64,000 nt of DNA from Trichoplax adhaerens (lineage: Eukaryota > Animalia > Placozoa): positions 5,804,597-5,868,596 of the forward strand of contig NW_002060946.1 of NCBI RefSeq assembly GCF_000150275.1, in the 5' to 3' direction. Numbering within the stretch: the first letter of the stretch is position 1; every line of letters starts with the position of its first letter. Of the stretch, positions 29,401-43,491 are shown piece after piece. Below the pieces are notes generated by a model. That model had not been told where the DNA came from, made no database searches, and saw nothing but the letters and a program-made list of their open reading frames with translations. Position numbers and translations under genes: made by a program.

Positions 29401-30435
29401 CTAGTAAGCAGCAGTAACTGCGGTTAATGCATCCTTACATTTCCTGTCCAGTAGACCATCTCCACCTGCAGTGATAATAATTATAGTAAAAGCATTTGAT
29501 AAATTTAGTAAAGTGGCATTATTGTTTTATAGTTGGCAAGCAAGATATTGGGTATAATTGGTAAGCTCTTTTAAATCTTAATGTGGAAATTAATATGCAT
29601 ATGCAGAATTTACACTCACCATATTGTAACTCTTGAATTTCGCATCGATAGATTAATTCACCATGAACTATTAATTGTACTTCGTTCCAGTCTGCTATTT
29701 CTTCATAGACAATTGTATGTCCAGCAGTTTTTAATACGTCTGGTTATAGAATAGAAATATTGATACCAATGTAATATATATATTATATTTTATATAACAG
29801 TTTTAGACAAAGAATATGTTAATCTAGCCATGTGCAAGAGTATAATATTGTTTCTAGCACGCTGATGTCCTGTAGAACATTAAAATAGTTATTCGGTAAT
29901 ATTTATTTTCTATCCTAGTAGCAAGTCAAGGGGCATCTTAATACTGTAGTTGTGTAGTAGTACGCTCTACAGTATTTGATCAATGTCTCACGATATATGA
30001 TCATTCGTAACAAAATTATCGTTGTAATGGTATTGCATAATAACGTTAACAATACTTCTAGCATGCTTTCTGCATTAGTGTAGTAGAGTATTTTAAACGG
30101 ATGAAACTTTATTTGAATATTGGAGGAATGTTCGAGCATACATTAAACATAGAGACTTTTTGAATTAATAGATTATTTCAACGATATTATTGCAATATCT
30201 GGCTTAATTTATAGAAGCATTTTGAATTTATTACGTGCATAAATACTATAATAAGTGCAAAGGTATCGATTACCGTCATATAGTACCGTAATAATTTGTA
30301 CCAAAATAAATATTAAAGTCTATGACAATATTTGGTATAATATTATTTACTGGTTAATCCTTGCAGCCTTTGTATTCGATATTTTACGCCATCAAAAGAT
30401 GAGTATGGACCATATCGGATCAATACTGTTACCAT
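29401..30435 (-). CDS. C10orf53: UPF0728 family protein (C10orf53 homologue), 3 coding exons
   Basis: Not in the ORF track. Spliced translation: MVTVLIRYGPYSSFDGVKYRIQRLQGLT|NVLKTAGHTIVYEEIADWNEVQLIVHGELIYRCEIQELQYG|GDGLLDRKCKDALTAVTAAY*. It matches the family pattern RYGPY...RLQGL...DWN...GGDG.LD..C...AY. Further upstream exon-like pieces (about 30899-30943 and 31262-31270) may be UTR or an N-terminal extension. Confidence 0.92.
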
Positions 30436-32119
30436 ATTTGAGGAATAATGCCTGGAAAGAATAGCAAAAGTATAAGCCCTTCTCTTAAAGTTAACAAATA
30501 CTCATATAAAAGCTATCTATTGTATTCAAGCAAATTTTACTTTATTTTGAACTGGGCATCGCCTATCAAAGATTTATTTTTAATGTTTCTTGAATAGCAA
30601 TCGATTAATTTATCCGGGTTTTAGAAGAATTATTAGATGATAATAATCGACTACGACTAGCAGTTAAAGAATCGAACTACAGGTTCTCAAGGTGCCGAAT
30701 GGCGATTAAAAGAGATACTTTGATAGTAGGTACCAATCGTCTTTACCCTCAAGTAATCAAACGGTTACAGTTTCAAATCCCCCCCCAAAATAATTCTATT
30801 TGTAGGCATTAATCGAATGATTAAAGATCACTATGTTATATAAAGATTTATCAATAAGTTTATAGAAAAAAAGTAGAAGGTTAGTAAATAATACTCACTT
30901 CTGTCGGCAATAACTTAATGTTTATTCGCAAATTTATTGTGGCCTAGAGTGTCCTCGTCTAAATGGGTATGTCTAACTGTGAGTTTTATGCGACACTATC
31001 GTGTAGTCTAGTGTATAGATCTAGATTGTAATTTACAGTCATATACTGCCCGTGCCAAGATCCTTATTGTCCAGTACGTAGTAGATATTATTAATTTTAT
31101 TAGTTACTGTTTATGATTGCAATGGGTAAACTACGCGTCGATCGATACTCATTACTTTAACTTAATATGTCGCAAGTGTATCAATTTTATCTGCTGATTT
31201 GTAGCTTGATACTTCTACACATAGTCTACAATACCCATATAGTATCTAAAACAACACTTACCATTGCCATGTTTCTGTGCTAGTTTTGTTGTGTACTGAT
31301 GTTGTATATTAGCTTTCTCATATTATGATATTGTAAACGATCCACGGCTGATCTGTTGCCATAGTGACAGCGATGCTTGAACACCTTAGCTGTGCTAATA
31401 CCGTACTGCGGAGTCCGCGACTAAGCTTGTTCATGGTTTGAGCAATGGCACCTGTAGCCATTGAACTCGTCATCAAACTTTCATTAGATTGCTATAATGA
31501 AGTTTTTAACGTCATTGATAGTTTGTAAAAGTAGTAAAATTGACGTTATCGCCGTGGACTACTCCATACTCTAAATATTTCGTAGTCCATATTCGTTGGC
31601 AAGTACTGCAGTTATTTTTTATTTTCAACATGTGTCCGTTGTGTGATCATTGAATCACGAACGGCCACTTCCTACTTTTCCGCTGTATTAGTCATGACTT
31701 ATAGCGTACTCCCTACTCAGTGACTTAATAGTACAGTATTATGGCTGTACCAGGGACTACTCAGAATCTTTGGCTTAGGAGTCCCTGACCAAAAATATTT
31801 AGTAATGCCTGACTGTAGTCTACGTCCATACAGTATTGAGCATTTACTACTACGTGAAGAATCACGACCATCGATGCGGGATACAGTCATCGACTAGCCC
31901 ATTTACTAAATATACAGTGTCCAGTATACTGTAAGCCGTTTCAGCGATGTGTCCATAATATCACTAAGGAATGCTAGAATGCCTTACTGTACAGTGCATC
32001 TAGAAGTCTATAGCTCGCACGCTTCTCAACTACTTTCCATTTCAGAAAGCATCATCAATATTGTGATAGAGGTAAAAACTTCTTTTCTACCTTTTACATG
32101 TTTTTTTTTTACCTCTACT

Positions 32120-32447
32120 CTACAGTACTGTACTGTACAGTACAGTATGCTTTAGCCTACGATGAGTGAGTACAGTACTGTATTGTACAGTATAGTACTG
32201 TGCTCTACGCACGCGCAAGGGAGTCGATGAGTACAGTACTAAAGTCTACAGTACATACTATCGTCGTCTACAGTACTGTACTGTACTGTACAGTACTGTA
32301 CACTATGCTTTAGCCTACGATGAGTGAGTACTGTACAGTGTACAGTACAGTACTGTGCGCTACGCACGCGCAAGGCAGTCGATGAGTACAGTACTAAAGT
32401 CTACAGTACATACTATCGTCGTCTACTGTACTGTACAGTACTGTACC
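32120..32447. repeat. TACAG/CTGTA array organised as a 2 x 158 bp direct repeat
   Basis: tatgctttagcctacgatgagtgagtac...ctacgcacgcgcaagg.agtcgatgagtacagtactaaagtctacagtacatactatcgtcgtcta occurs at 32146 and 32304. Confidence 0.93.
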
Positions 32448-32566
32448 AGCACATCCAGGAAGCATGCGCTATGAAGAGTCGGAAAATCAACGGAAGGCTG
32501 CACTTGCGCAGTGGAAATTTTTTTACCGACCAACACTGACGATACAAGGTGTAGCGGCTAGCTTGG

Positions 32567-32606
32567 TCTTCTCTTTTTCACCACATCGGCTTTAAGGCAA
32601 TAAGGT
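32567..32606 (+). promoter_or_regulatory. TCT initiator / 5'TOP tract and short non-coding first exon of RACK1
   Basis: Polypyrimidine TCTTCTCTTTTTC (32567-32579) followed by donor AAG|GTAAAT at 32605. This layout is typical of ribosomal-protein genes. Confidence 0.65.
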
Positions 32607-33602
32607 AAATGCTGAGATAATCGTTGTTCAATCTTCTATCATCTCTACTTTAATGTGTTGTAAAAGTGATTCCTTGTTGAAAATAGCAAGTAGACTTGAT
32701 GTTGTTATCGTTTTTGATTGGATGGATGCTAAAATTGCAATGTAGGAGGACATTTTATTTTACACGTTGCGCTTACCATTGTTACACCATGATTGGTGCC
32801 TAAGTAAGCAGGCCAAATCAACTATAATGTACTACAAGTAGTTATGACTGCAGTGGTTACTGAACAAGTAGCAAGGACGGCCAGTTTTTTTTTTTCACTT
32901 GCCCTGAAAGGATCATGGCTAGACTATCCTTTCCTCTTTGCATGCTTAGTAATAGACTTATTGAAGGCTACGATCGTTAAAGAGTAGGAAAAAAAACAAT
33001 CGGTATTGCTTTTTTTCTACACATGGCACACAGTTGCATTGCATCGCAGAAGGAGTGATTGAATTTGTTCATAACTGTAGTCAACTTGATCCTCCGTTAG
33101 TCAATCCTTGGCCTAGATGAAAGCGATCGCGATAACTGGTTGGGATAGCACACTGGACTACGATTCCATTTTTCATAGTTTATTGACTGATGATCCATGA
33201 TCGACTTGTTTTAAAACTGAAACCATCAACATCGTGGCCACATGATGCTTTCTCTTGATCGTCCGCAAACATTTGTAATATCACAATGTCATTATTGCTC
33301 ATCAGTCGACGACGATAGTCGTCATGCTATGATGATCAGTAGATTTGCAGTTTTTAGGTTGATAGCTAGAGTAGACACCATGATAGGATAGTAACTCTTA
33401 TAACCATCATCTCAATAAGTCTCATGATAAATGATCATCACCCTTATCAAAGTAATACACTTAGGATAGATTATATAATTAGCACGTTAACTGAATTGAA
33501 CTACCTATTAACATCGATGGATGAAATGATTTGGAAAATGAATATATTGCAAATATTACGTTTCACTAGCAGGCCTTGAATTTGGATACAGTTGAGCATA
33601 TA

Positions 33603-35505
33603 ATGGCTTCTGAGGTGATTTCTTTGCGTGGTACCTTGAAAGGCCATAATGGCTGGGTAACTCAAATTGCAACAACTCCACAATATCCCGATATGATCTT
33701 ATCGGCCTCTAGAGGTAAGCGATTGTAGTGTAAGCAAAAAGTTATACCTACAGTATATTATATATGCTATAAAGTTGTAGTGACTGTGTTTAACTTAAAT
33801 AAAAACTTCATAGTGATGTTTTCATTTATCTATGTATTTTATCATTGCTTTTGAAGAGTTCAATTTATCTTGTTTAAAATATTTCTAAACTCTGTTTGAG
33901 CATAGAGTGATTGCAATTTTGTAGCTATTGCAATATGCTAGAAACGAAGGCTAACGGATATCGATGATCATCTTTGTCTTATCTACTACTTTTCCTTACA
34001 CGTATAGATAAGTCAATCATCAAGTGGAAGCTAACCCGAGAAGAGAATAATTTTGGTGTGCCCGATAAATCCTTACATGGTCATCATCATTTCATTTCTG
34101 ACCTTGTTCTGTCATCTGACGGTCAATTTGCTCTCACTAGCTCTTGGGATAGTAATCTCCGTTTGTGGGATTTAAATACGTAAGCCAGATAGAATTAATC
34201 CTTCTTTTCATGTCAGTCAGTATGTACGCTAGTGAATATTCTCATCTACTGCAACCACCTGCTAAATTTTGATATTTGCAAAAATTTTGCAATGACACAC
34301 CCCATTCTGTGCTATGTATCTATCGTCCAGTATGTGAAACTGGTTGCATGCATTTCGATGATAATACATGTCATAAAATATGACTAATCAATGATATCGA
34401 ACACGACGTAATGAACATTATAGCCTACCTTTACTTTGCTGTATCATACCTGACATTTTTATATACATTATAATGTTGCATTGCTACTTGGGATTTATTT
34501 CATATACTCATAAAGGCATTCCTTACTTGGTTTTATCTAGTGGTCGAACTACTCGACGCTTCGAAGGACATACTAAGGATGTCATGAGCGTTGCTTTCTC
34601 AGCTGATAATCGCCAGATCGTTTCTGGTTCTCGTGATAAAACTATCAAATTATGGAATACTTTGGCTGATTGCAAATTTACGATGGTTGAGGACTGTCAC
34701 AATGATTGGGTGTCTTGCGTTCGTTTCTCACCTAATCAGAGCGACCCTCTAATAGTTTCTTGTGGTTGGGACTCCTTGGTTAAGGTCTGGAATTTAACCA
34801 ATTGCAAATTGAAGGGTAACCGAGAAGGTCACACTGGTTACCTGAACACTGTCAGTGTCTCACCTGACGGCTCTCTATGCGCTTCTGGTGGTAAAGTAAG
34901 CAATACTCGTAAAATATTCAACTTTGTAGCATTAATTCTGCTTGTTACTGTGTTACTTCCTTAAAATGTTAACAGTAACCCGGTATGCAATAGAACTAAA
35001 AAATTTTTTTGACTTTGAATATATTTCATGTATAGGATGGTAAAGCAATGCTTTGGGACCTCAACGAGGATAGACATTTGTATACTTTAGAAGGTGGTGA
35101 TATTATTAATGCAATGTGCTTCAGTCCAACTCGATACTGGTTGTGTGCTGCTGTCGGTTCAAGCATCAAAATATGGGTTAGTTATTGCTTTATATCGCTA
35201 TAAATTGCGAAGTACTTAAGTAGTCATCTATACTTTGGATTAACGCTACTGTAGTTTAATATCTTGTAAATTGTTTATAATTATTGCATTTCATTAAAAA
35301 CATTGTCATTATATAGGATTTGGAGCAAAAGAGTCTTGTAGATGAATTGCGTCAAGAAGTTATTGGTGTAAATGGAAAATCAGTACCCGCTAGCTGTTTA
35401 TCTTTAGCTTGGTCTGCAGATGGACATACGTTGTTTGCCGGGTATAGCGATAATTTGATCAGAGTCTGGCAAGTGTCAAAATCTGGTACCTCGTACAACG
35501 GTTAA
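33603..35505 (+). CDS. RACK1: Receptor for activated C kinase 1 (WD40, 40S ribosomal protein)
   Basis: [141 protein letters not shown]. Confidence 0.98.
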
Positions 35506-36320
35506 GACATTTACTGTAAATTTAATTACTGCAAATGGAAATAAAAGGGAAAGCATTCGAAGTTTATCTGTATACTGTTTGTCATAAATGCTTGTTTGAC
35601 GAAGCGACAACGTACTGTATGTCGTAGACAGTGTACCAGTTAGCATACCTTTTAAGACACAATAGATATTTATTTTTTGAATGACATTCAATTGTTTCTT
35701 CTTTCGAATGCCGTCGTAGCAACGCAGCTTGAATAACGAAATATAGATTGTCGCTCATGAGAAATTTTCAATTAAAAGTAGCGCTTTGTTAGATAATGTG
35801 AACATTATAGTAGTCATATGAACTGCAATAACTTTTGAACAGATTAAAGGCTGGCATTACAGAAAACAGAGATTAGTAATACCACATAGACAAAAAAAAT
35901 TAAACGTGGATAAAGCGCAGACACGCTTCAATGCACAATTGAAATGATCATTTTTAGTAAGCACTACTATTGTAGTTCGGACCGCAGCCAGTCCTTGCTA
36001 AATGGGCATTATTTATAAAGCTATATACTAGGTATTACGGTATACCCAGTATAACGTTAATAAAACCGAGAGATATTTTACAGTTTATATTATATTAGTT
36101 CATACAGTATTAATGACACATTTCTAAATATTAGCACTTGGCAAAAAGTAAAGTAGATATGATACAAATTTAGTTCTTTGATTTTATTATGATTCATAAA
36201 ATAAAAAGGAAGAATATCAGCAGTGAAATATTAACGGATGCTGTAGTTGGCTAATCAGCCAGTAAAAGTCCATTTGCTGACAGTCATTGAAACTCGCCGT
36301 TGTCGTCGCTTATGGTTATG

Positions 36321-39300
36321 CTAGCAAGAAGCGTTTATTTCTCTGAGGGTGGAGACAATGCTCTCTATTGATTTCATACTATTAAGATATGAAGCATTCT
36401 GGAATGTGTAAAAACAGCAAGGTGACAATTAATCATCTATACGTCTACGATCACAGAAGTTGCTTATCAACTAAGGAGAAGAATAGAAAGAAATCGAGCC
36501 TACCACTAATTTTAGGAAGGATAAGAATTTTTCCAACATAGCAATCAATTTGTCATATTTACGGTTTGGAAGGTAATGTCTGGCTTCCATAATAGCATTC
36601 TACAAGTTGTACACAATTTGATTAAGAAAGAAGGTTAGATGATGGTCTATTGGCAGTTCATGTGTTATCGAATAATTCTTTACAGCTACAACTCGTATTA
36701 ACCGACAGTAGTGTAAAGCCTACTGCTAATCTCATGATCTTAATAGCAATTGGTGTAAAATTGCCCATACAACAAGAATAATAACTGTTAGCAATTAATG
36801 TAATCCAGTTGCATCAATGCATAGCAACGAAAATGAAATTTTTATAAAAGCGCCAACAAATATTTAACAACTAGCAACAAAGACTTACGTTGTCATCCAT
36901 GATTAGTAAACCAGTAAGGAGTGCTGCATATGATGCAACTACGCTATTCTCGAAATGTGATCCCGCTTGAGCGTGTAAAACTGACGTAATAATTATTCGT
37001 GTGAGTAACTATACGTATCAAATCTTCACCAATATTAATTTGCAAGCATAATTTTATGTATGCAGCTGTAATGGTATTTACCTTGAATTTCTGAATTCAA
37101 ACTAACGTCTAGATCTGAAAAGAACCAAGTAATATCCCATTATCAATCTACAGTACTGTACTCGTATATGCTTATTAGATTTACGATTTATCATTGTATC
37201 GCAATCATACCGTCGGTTTTATTCTCGCTGTCATCGATCGTGGAAGTAATTTTTTCAGAGGTTTCTTCCGCAGTTTTTTCCCGATGTAAGAATAATTCAA
37301 TAACAATTTGTATCAAGCCTCGGTCCTTTACCTTTAGCCTTAAAGCTGCAGCTCTGCTTTCTTTGTTGGATTCAACTAAATTAATAAGTAACCCTAGAGC
37401 CTGATATAACAAAAAATTTTTTTATCAATTGATTAGATTTTGTTTATCGCCATTAAATACATTAGAGATATGAACATGTAGACGTATAAATTTATTACCA
37501 AAATGACTAGATCAAAGCGGCGAACATCGTCAACTTTTTCATGGATCTGTACAATTGAGCATGAAATGAATAAGCAGAAATAACTTAGTTGTACTCTAAA
37601 GGTTGATAGAGTTTAGATTCTGAAGCATTTATTTTTTTAAAATAGCTCCATTACCTCATCAATACATTCCATAGCTGCTTTTATTGTTGATTTATCACGA
37701 CCTACTTGCTTACACCCGATTTCTATAATGAGACACAATAACATGGTAATTAGATCCGATTAATAAATAAATTAAAGTCACTTTATTTGCGGTGAGTAAT
37801 GATGTAATTTGTATACTATAGTGCAAAATCCTAACCATTCTCGTGAGTTATGTTGAGAAGTAAGCGTACGGACGCTAATAAGCAGGCTGAATCTTCATTA
37901 ATTGCAGTATTCTTATCTTGTGACATTATCTTCTCAACACACAAGGAAAATATCCTATTGTAAAAAGTGATATTACTATTAAATTTCAAATTTAGAAATG
38001 ATTGTAAAGAAGTTTTACCGTTTATAGTATGTGCAATCGATCTATACATTTCCGTTATTTATGTAACATTAAAATTAATGTTACTTAATAAGATGGACAT
38101 TCCTATGCTTTAAGAGCTAATTTCATTTCTATTCCTTTTCATACAATCACTAAACAAATTTGTAACATTTTAAGTAATGTAGACTTTATACCTTGATACA
38201 TTTCCCACTAACGTGTAACCCTTCCATCCGATAACATAATCTTGATTCTCTTTGTTTAAAAATGTCACCTAAAACAGGTTATAGACATCAGTACTGGGCG
38301 TACGTCTAGCCTTATATAAATTAAAATTGGATCAAATCAAGCATATACTGTATACAAACCGTCTCCAGTATACGACAGCATAATTCTACTTCTCGTAAAA
38401 CAATAATTCTATTTGCTTTGGGATTCATTTCAAGATTATATTTGTGATCGATAACTATAACGGACAGAAGATTAATAACTATATATTAACTTGTGCGATT
38501 CTATGATAAACATTAAAGGTAATTTACCGTACATACCGAGATCACATATAACATCTAATATTCCAATACTTCTGACTTTATCCTTTAGCCAAACAGCATT
38601 CCGACTGCATACCAAATTGAAGATACATGCCAGAGCCAAGGCTTTCCCCTACAATATGAAGGTAGAATTAAGGTTAAAGTATTATATAACATTATCAAAG
38701 AGAAGCATTTAATAATGAAAAAAAACTGTGAACAATACGTATGTGCTTACGTTTAAGGAGTCAACATGTGCTTTTAAGTAATCTTTGCATGACAAACTAG
38801 TTTGTAAACAAATATCACTAGGAGAACAAGAAATGACTTTATTACGTCCAATAAAAGCAGCAAAAAGTAAAAATTTTTCAAAAATCTTTTACCTAATATT
38901 TTGCAAAGAACTTTTCAAGATAGCGTCGTTAGTATCATTATGGTCCTGATTTGGACACTGTAGTAACTTTAGTAATACATCTATAAAGGCAAAATAACAA
39001 CGTAAGATATTTAACGAATTTCTGGTGAACGATCATCATGCTGTTTAACATACCAAGTAGATCATCAGTAAGGTCCATAATAAGACGATCTTCACTTAAG
39101 ACGAAAAATAAGGCTGCTGTATACGTTGCTAATTGCTAAATTGGTAATACAAAGTAGAGACAGGAATCAACGTTTACATCGATGTAACGGTTAATCAATG
39201 CATGTGTATCTATTATTCTTCAAATGATAGCTCTTACGTAATCACTTGGACTATCGACCAATAGATCTAGTATCTTGGGTATAATTTCGTGTGCTCTAAT

Positions 39301-41085
39301 ATACATACGAAAAGGAGACTCTGTGCATCTCTTGGCTAGTGCTGTAATACTAAAAGAACAATGCAATGTTTTAGATATTCGATAAATGCAGATTCAGATT
39401 ATTAATGCAAGAGAGAATTGTATTTTACCTCGAGCAACGGAGATTTTTAGGATACGATGGATTCAATCCATCCAGTAGATATTCAATATCATCAGCTAAC
39501 TATCATTAGAATACAATGATTTATCAATAGAAAGAACATGAGAAGAGATTAACTTCGTTAGGAAGAAAAAGTGACAATTTCTATTCTCTTTCATTGTAGA
39601 ATACAACAGCGTCTATGTGAAACTAAGATCAAGGAGAGAGTAGACTGACTACAATTGAATGAGGAATAGGATTGTTATTATTTTCTAGTTTCTTCAGTTT
39701 GATATCACAAGCATGCCCATGCAATAATATGATCAAGAAGACAATTGACTGAGTGTAATTCAATTCAAATAGGTAGCGATCATTTCCATTCTCTTGGGCT
39801 TGAAAAATGGCAACAGTGCTCATGCGATAGTATGATCAAGGAAAGAGGGTAGATATAAATACCACTAGATGCTCGTTATGATAATTGTTGCAATTGGAAT
39901 CATTTATACAAGTATCTTATTCTTTATATAAATAATCGACCACAGTGTAAGGAAAGCATGGGCGTAAATGGAATAAATTATTCGATCTCCTCTACCTGCT
40001 CATCTTCTCCTTGTTCTAGGCACTGATGACTTTCTCTGACATGTTTGATAATAGTATAATCCTGAATAGGGAAAATGAGAAATATTTAGTCAAGAGAAGA
40101 TAAAGATCCATGGCCAATATGGATAAGTTACCTCTTTACTGCCCTTTTTAACCTTGACTTTATTGCCTACTTTTTGGCTATGATTGCAACTGATTAAAGA
40201 ATCATTGCTTGTTCCTGATAGTGTACGTGTCATAGGCTGATAGATTAGAAGGAAAAATACAAGGTGTCAAGTGAGAATTAAGTAAGAATATGAGTTGAGA
40301 AGATGTGTAGCGTTAGCATGTTATCATCCAATTGAAAGCAAGTGATGCAAGCATGAGGTAACGTTGTCGGTAAGGGGAAAATACCTCTTTTTGAACTTGA
40401 ATTTATACAAGAAAATCATTCATTGCTATGGACAAGTTATCATGTTCAAATTGATACAGTATTATCCCGTAGAGCAATTGTGATTCTACTCGCTTGTGCT
40501 ATTGACATTATCAGTGTAGAATCCACTTACCTCCTTCAATAAATTATCGAAATCAGGTGTTGTATTATCGAGCCATTCTTGAGTACTATTCCACGTACTT
40601 TCCTCACTTTCACTTTTATCCGTTTCTCGACTATCATTTAAATCGTGTCGTTCTTCACTGCTTTCATTGCAATTTTTACTACTTACAAGTTGATCTTTGT
40701 CATTGATATCTCGACTCAATTGCTTCTTAATGGATACAAATTGCTTGCTGGACTTTCTAACTAACTTGGCTGGCGGTGGTTGTGGTTGTTGCTGCTGTTG
40801 TTGTGTCGTGATCAAATGGTGTTGATCAGGTACTTTGGCTTCGCTTTGTATACTGTCGACATGGAGATGATTTTGTTGAGGATGATGATCGAAATCGATC
40901 GCCGACCAGCAATGACGAATTTTATTTTTTTTAACAGGATACGATGGATCATCTACAGGATGTTGATGATGATTGGTTACAGTATGATTATAATGGAGAG
41001 CAATATCAAATTGATGATCGTCGATTTCCGGCTTTTCCACTACTTTCTTGCGTTTGCCGTAACCTTTACCCGTAAATTTAGGCAT
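36321..41085 (-). CDS. WAPL: Wings apart-like cohesin release factor
   Basis: Low-complexity N-terminus, then the WAPL domain LYTIIKHVRESHQCLEQGEDEQ LADDIEYLLDGLNPSYPKNLRCS..FRMYIRAHEII, LLLNITHEN, RFDLVILALGLLINLVE, HFENSVVASYAALLTGLL, ending SMKSIESIVSTLREINASC*. The start may instead be the ATG at 41100. Confidence 0.92.
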
Positions 41086-43491
41086 GACGGATGTTTTCAT
41101 CGACGCATCAACTCGATCCAATCGCGATATCAAATCAACTCAATCGCTTGCAGTAAAGTAATCATGCAATGGACAGCTATTCTCGATCAATATAGACAGT
41201 AAAATAGCTTGTGGATGTGATTTTTCCCCTCTGTCTATGCGATTTGGTCGACTAGTTGGACTCTTTTTGAAACAGGCACGAAGGAGGGAGAAAAGACTTT
41301 TTGACACGACTGTATCAAACGCTCATCGCTCGCCTATACTATACCCTATCGCCAAGTGCAATCCGCTCTCGCCTATCAACCCATTGGAACAACCATAACA
41401 AAAAAACGTTTTTGTATTGGATGACAGAGTTGACGGCTAGAGTATGGAAAATTTCAAATTGAGTTGGTGCATGCGCAGAAAACATCGACTTGGGATCTCC
41501 CTTTGGGTGGAGAAGAAAAGGGCATTCATGGACGACCTGGTAAGTTACTCGTCAGAAAACCTTGAATGGCGATGATTTCTAGCCGTCAAGATGGAGTATT
41601 AGAAAGCCTTTCACAAGGATGACTAAAAATGCAAAACATAAATGAATATGTGTTGTACATGACTGTATAGACAGTAGAACAATAGGGTTATGACTCATGA
41701 GGGGCAATGCGACTGCTTTTACTTGCATTCTTCCCATGGCGTAGCATAGCGAATAGTTTCCTATTATTGCAAAAACTAGTTGCAATAGACTGCCAACGTA
41801 AGCTTGTCTTTGGACTCTTGATCTTGATTATGTTGCTTCTCATTGCCAAGCAACCTTTGGTATGAAACTGCTGGACGAGCTTGTTTGATCTACTGCAAAA
41901 ATACAACCTAAATAGTAAGACAGTATGCGTCGACTCGTGTACAAATGTAGTGTTGTGGAGAATCAATGATTGAAATATGGCGGAGGTATTTCCTTGTCCT
42001 ACTGCACACTGCTAACAACATACACTGGCCTGGCGACATTTTATTATTTTTTAAAATTCCTGACTGAGCCATGAGTGAATAATATGCAATGCCAAGACTG
42101 CACGATACTGTACTATATCCTGTATACATATAAATCGGAAATAGCTTTCAAAATAAGGGTTGGTTATGAAAGGAATATCATATATCATGATGATGCACTA
42201 TCAAGTTCTAGCAAGATTGTTGTTGTACATGAATTCAAGCGCATGAACAAACGAGTTTTCTACTTTGGAAAGAAATGGCACGAAATTGTTTCGTAGAAGG
42301 CAGGCATAGTGCTGAATTTGTGATCTACCACTGTACGAAACTCTTATACTTGACCAATTTCGTAATATAGACCGTAACATAGACACATACAGAATGCAAT
42401 ACTAGGCACTGGAGATTACGCCAATTGACTGATCATCACGGTGACTATTTGAAGATATCCAATACTGTAATGTGCATCATTTTCTTATATGGAGAACTTG
42501 GACAAATGGATACAGCTAGCATAGCTGATGACTTGCACAGTTCGCAGTATCAGTGAAAGACGTATTTTATTCAATTGAAGCAAATGTAATAAAGTATCTC
42601 ACTATAACTATCTTGGTCAAATTGTATTTTCCATGATGCTTTTATGACAAGGTTTTAGGAATAGTAGAGTAATAATTAATTATTACAAGAATCTAGTCTA
42701 AAATACGCAATTCCGAGCTCAAAGTGAAGCGAAGTCTTTTCTCTCTCCATGAGCTCATCTTTGCATCTTTTATATATATCTGTATTTCGTTCAATCCATT
42801 TATGACAACTTGATTAATCTTCAATCAGACATTAAGTCATCAAACAAAAATAATATCCCCACTACTTTTCTCCAATAGTACATCGTTATCTTCTACAACC
42901 TAAATCATTCTACCGAAGATGTTATTACTCTTCTGTTAACGTCTAGCCTCTTTCCCTGAAGGGCATCTTAACAACTACAGCGTTTCTAGCCACATAAATC
43001 TTGTACCATAATTAGTCCATCGGCCAATATTAGTCATCCACAATTTCTAATATACTGTATTAGTTAGCAATCATCTATTAGCTTCACCAGAATATCGATT
43101 CAGAATCACTTAACCATATCAAATAGCGCTATCCTTATAACCCAATATGGGTGCATCACTGCAACAAAGTATCATGACCTAGAATCGTCTGCGCGAGTAA
43201 AAATCACTCACACCGCATAGCATGTGGGCTTCGCTAATGTCCATAATCGCTGATTGACTGTGACAATTGTGACTTAACAGCGGTAGCAGTGAATCAATAT
43301 GGGTTGAGTGATGAGTAGTCCCTGCTCATCGTTACTAAAGAAGAAATTGCGACTTGAATAGCCTAGCATAAAGGCTGAATAAATTGATTAAAATTTATTG
43401 ATGATAATTCCTTCAGTACTGTATCATAATTTGACATCATTGGTATTCCACAAGAGTGCCTAAAAGCCTTGTGACTTCAGCGCATTGACCA

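Noticed and set aside
33186-33340. C/D snoRNA in a RACK1 intron (vertebrate RACK1 hosts snoRNAs); TGATGA, CTGA and a 9-bp terminal inverted repeat are present
   Set aside because: No terminal D box at the proper position and no convincing rRNA antisense element. An Rfam/snoscan search would be needed.
40780-41202. 140-aa plus-strand ORF
   Set aside because: Antisense shadow of the low-complexity WAPL first exon.
41579-43400. Several overlapping short ORFs upstream of WAPL
   Set aside because: No coherent spliced model or homology. May be UTR or lncRNA, but I cannot support that.
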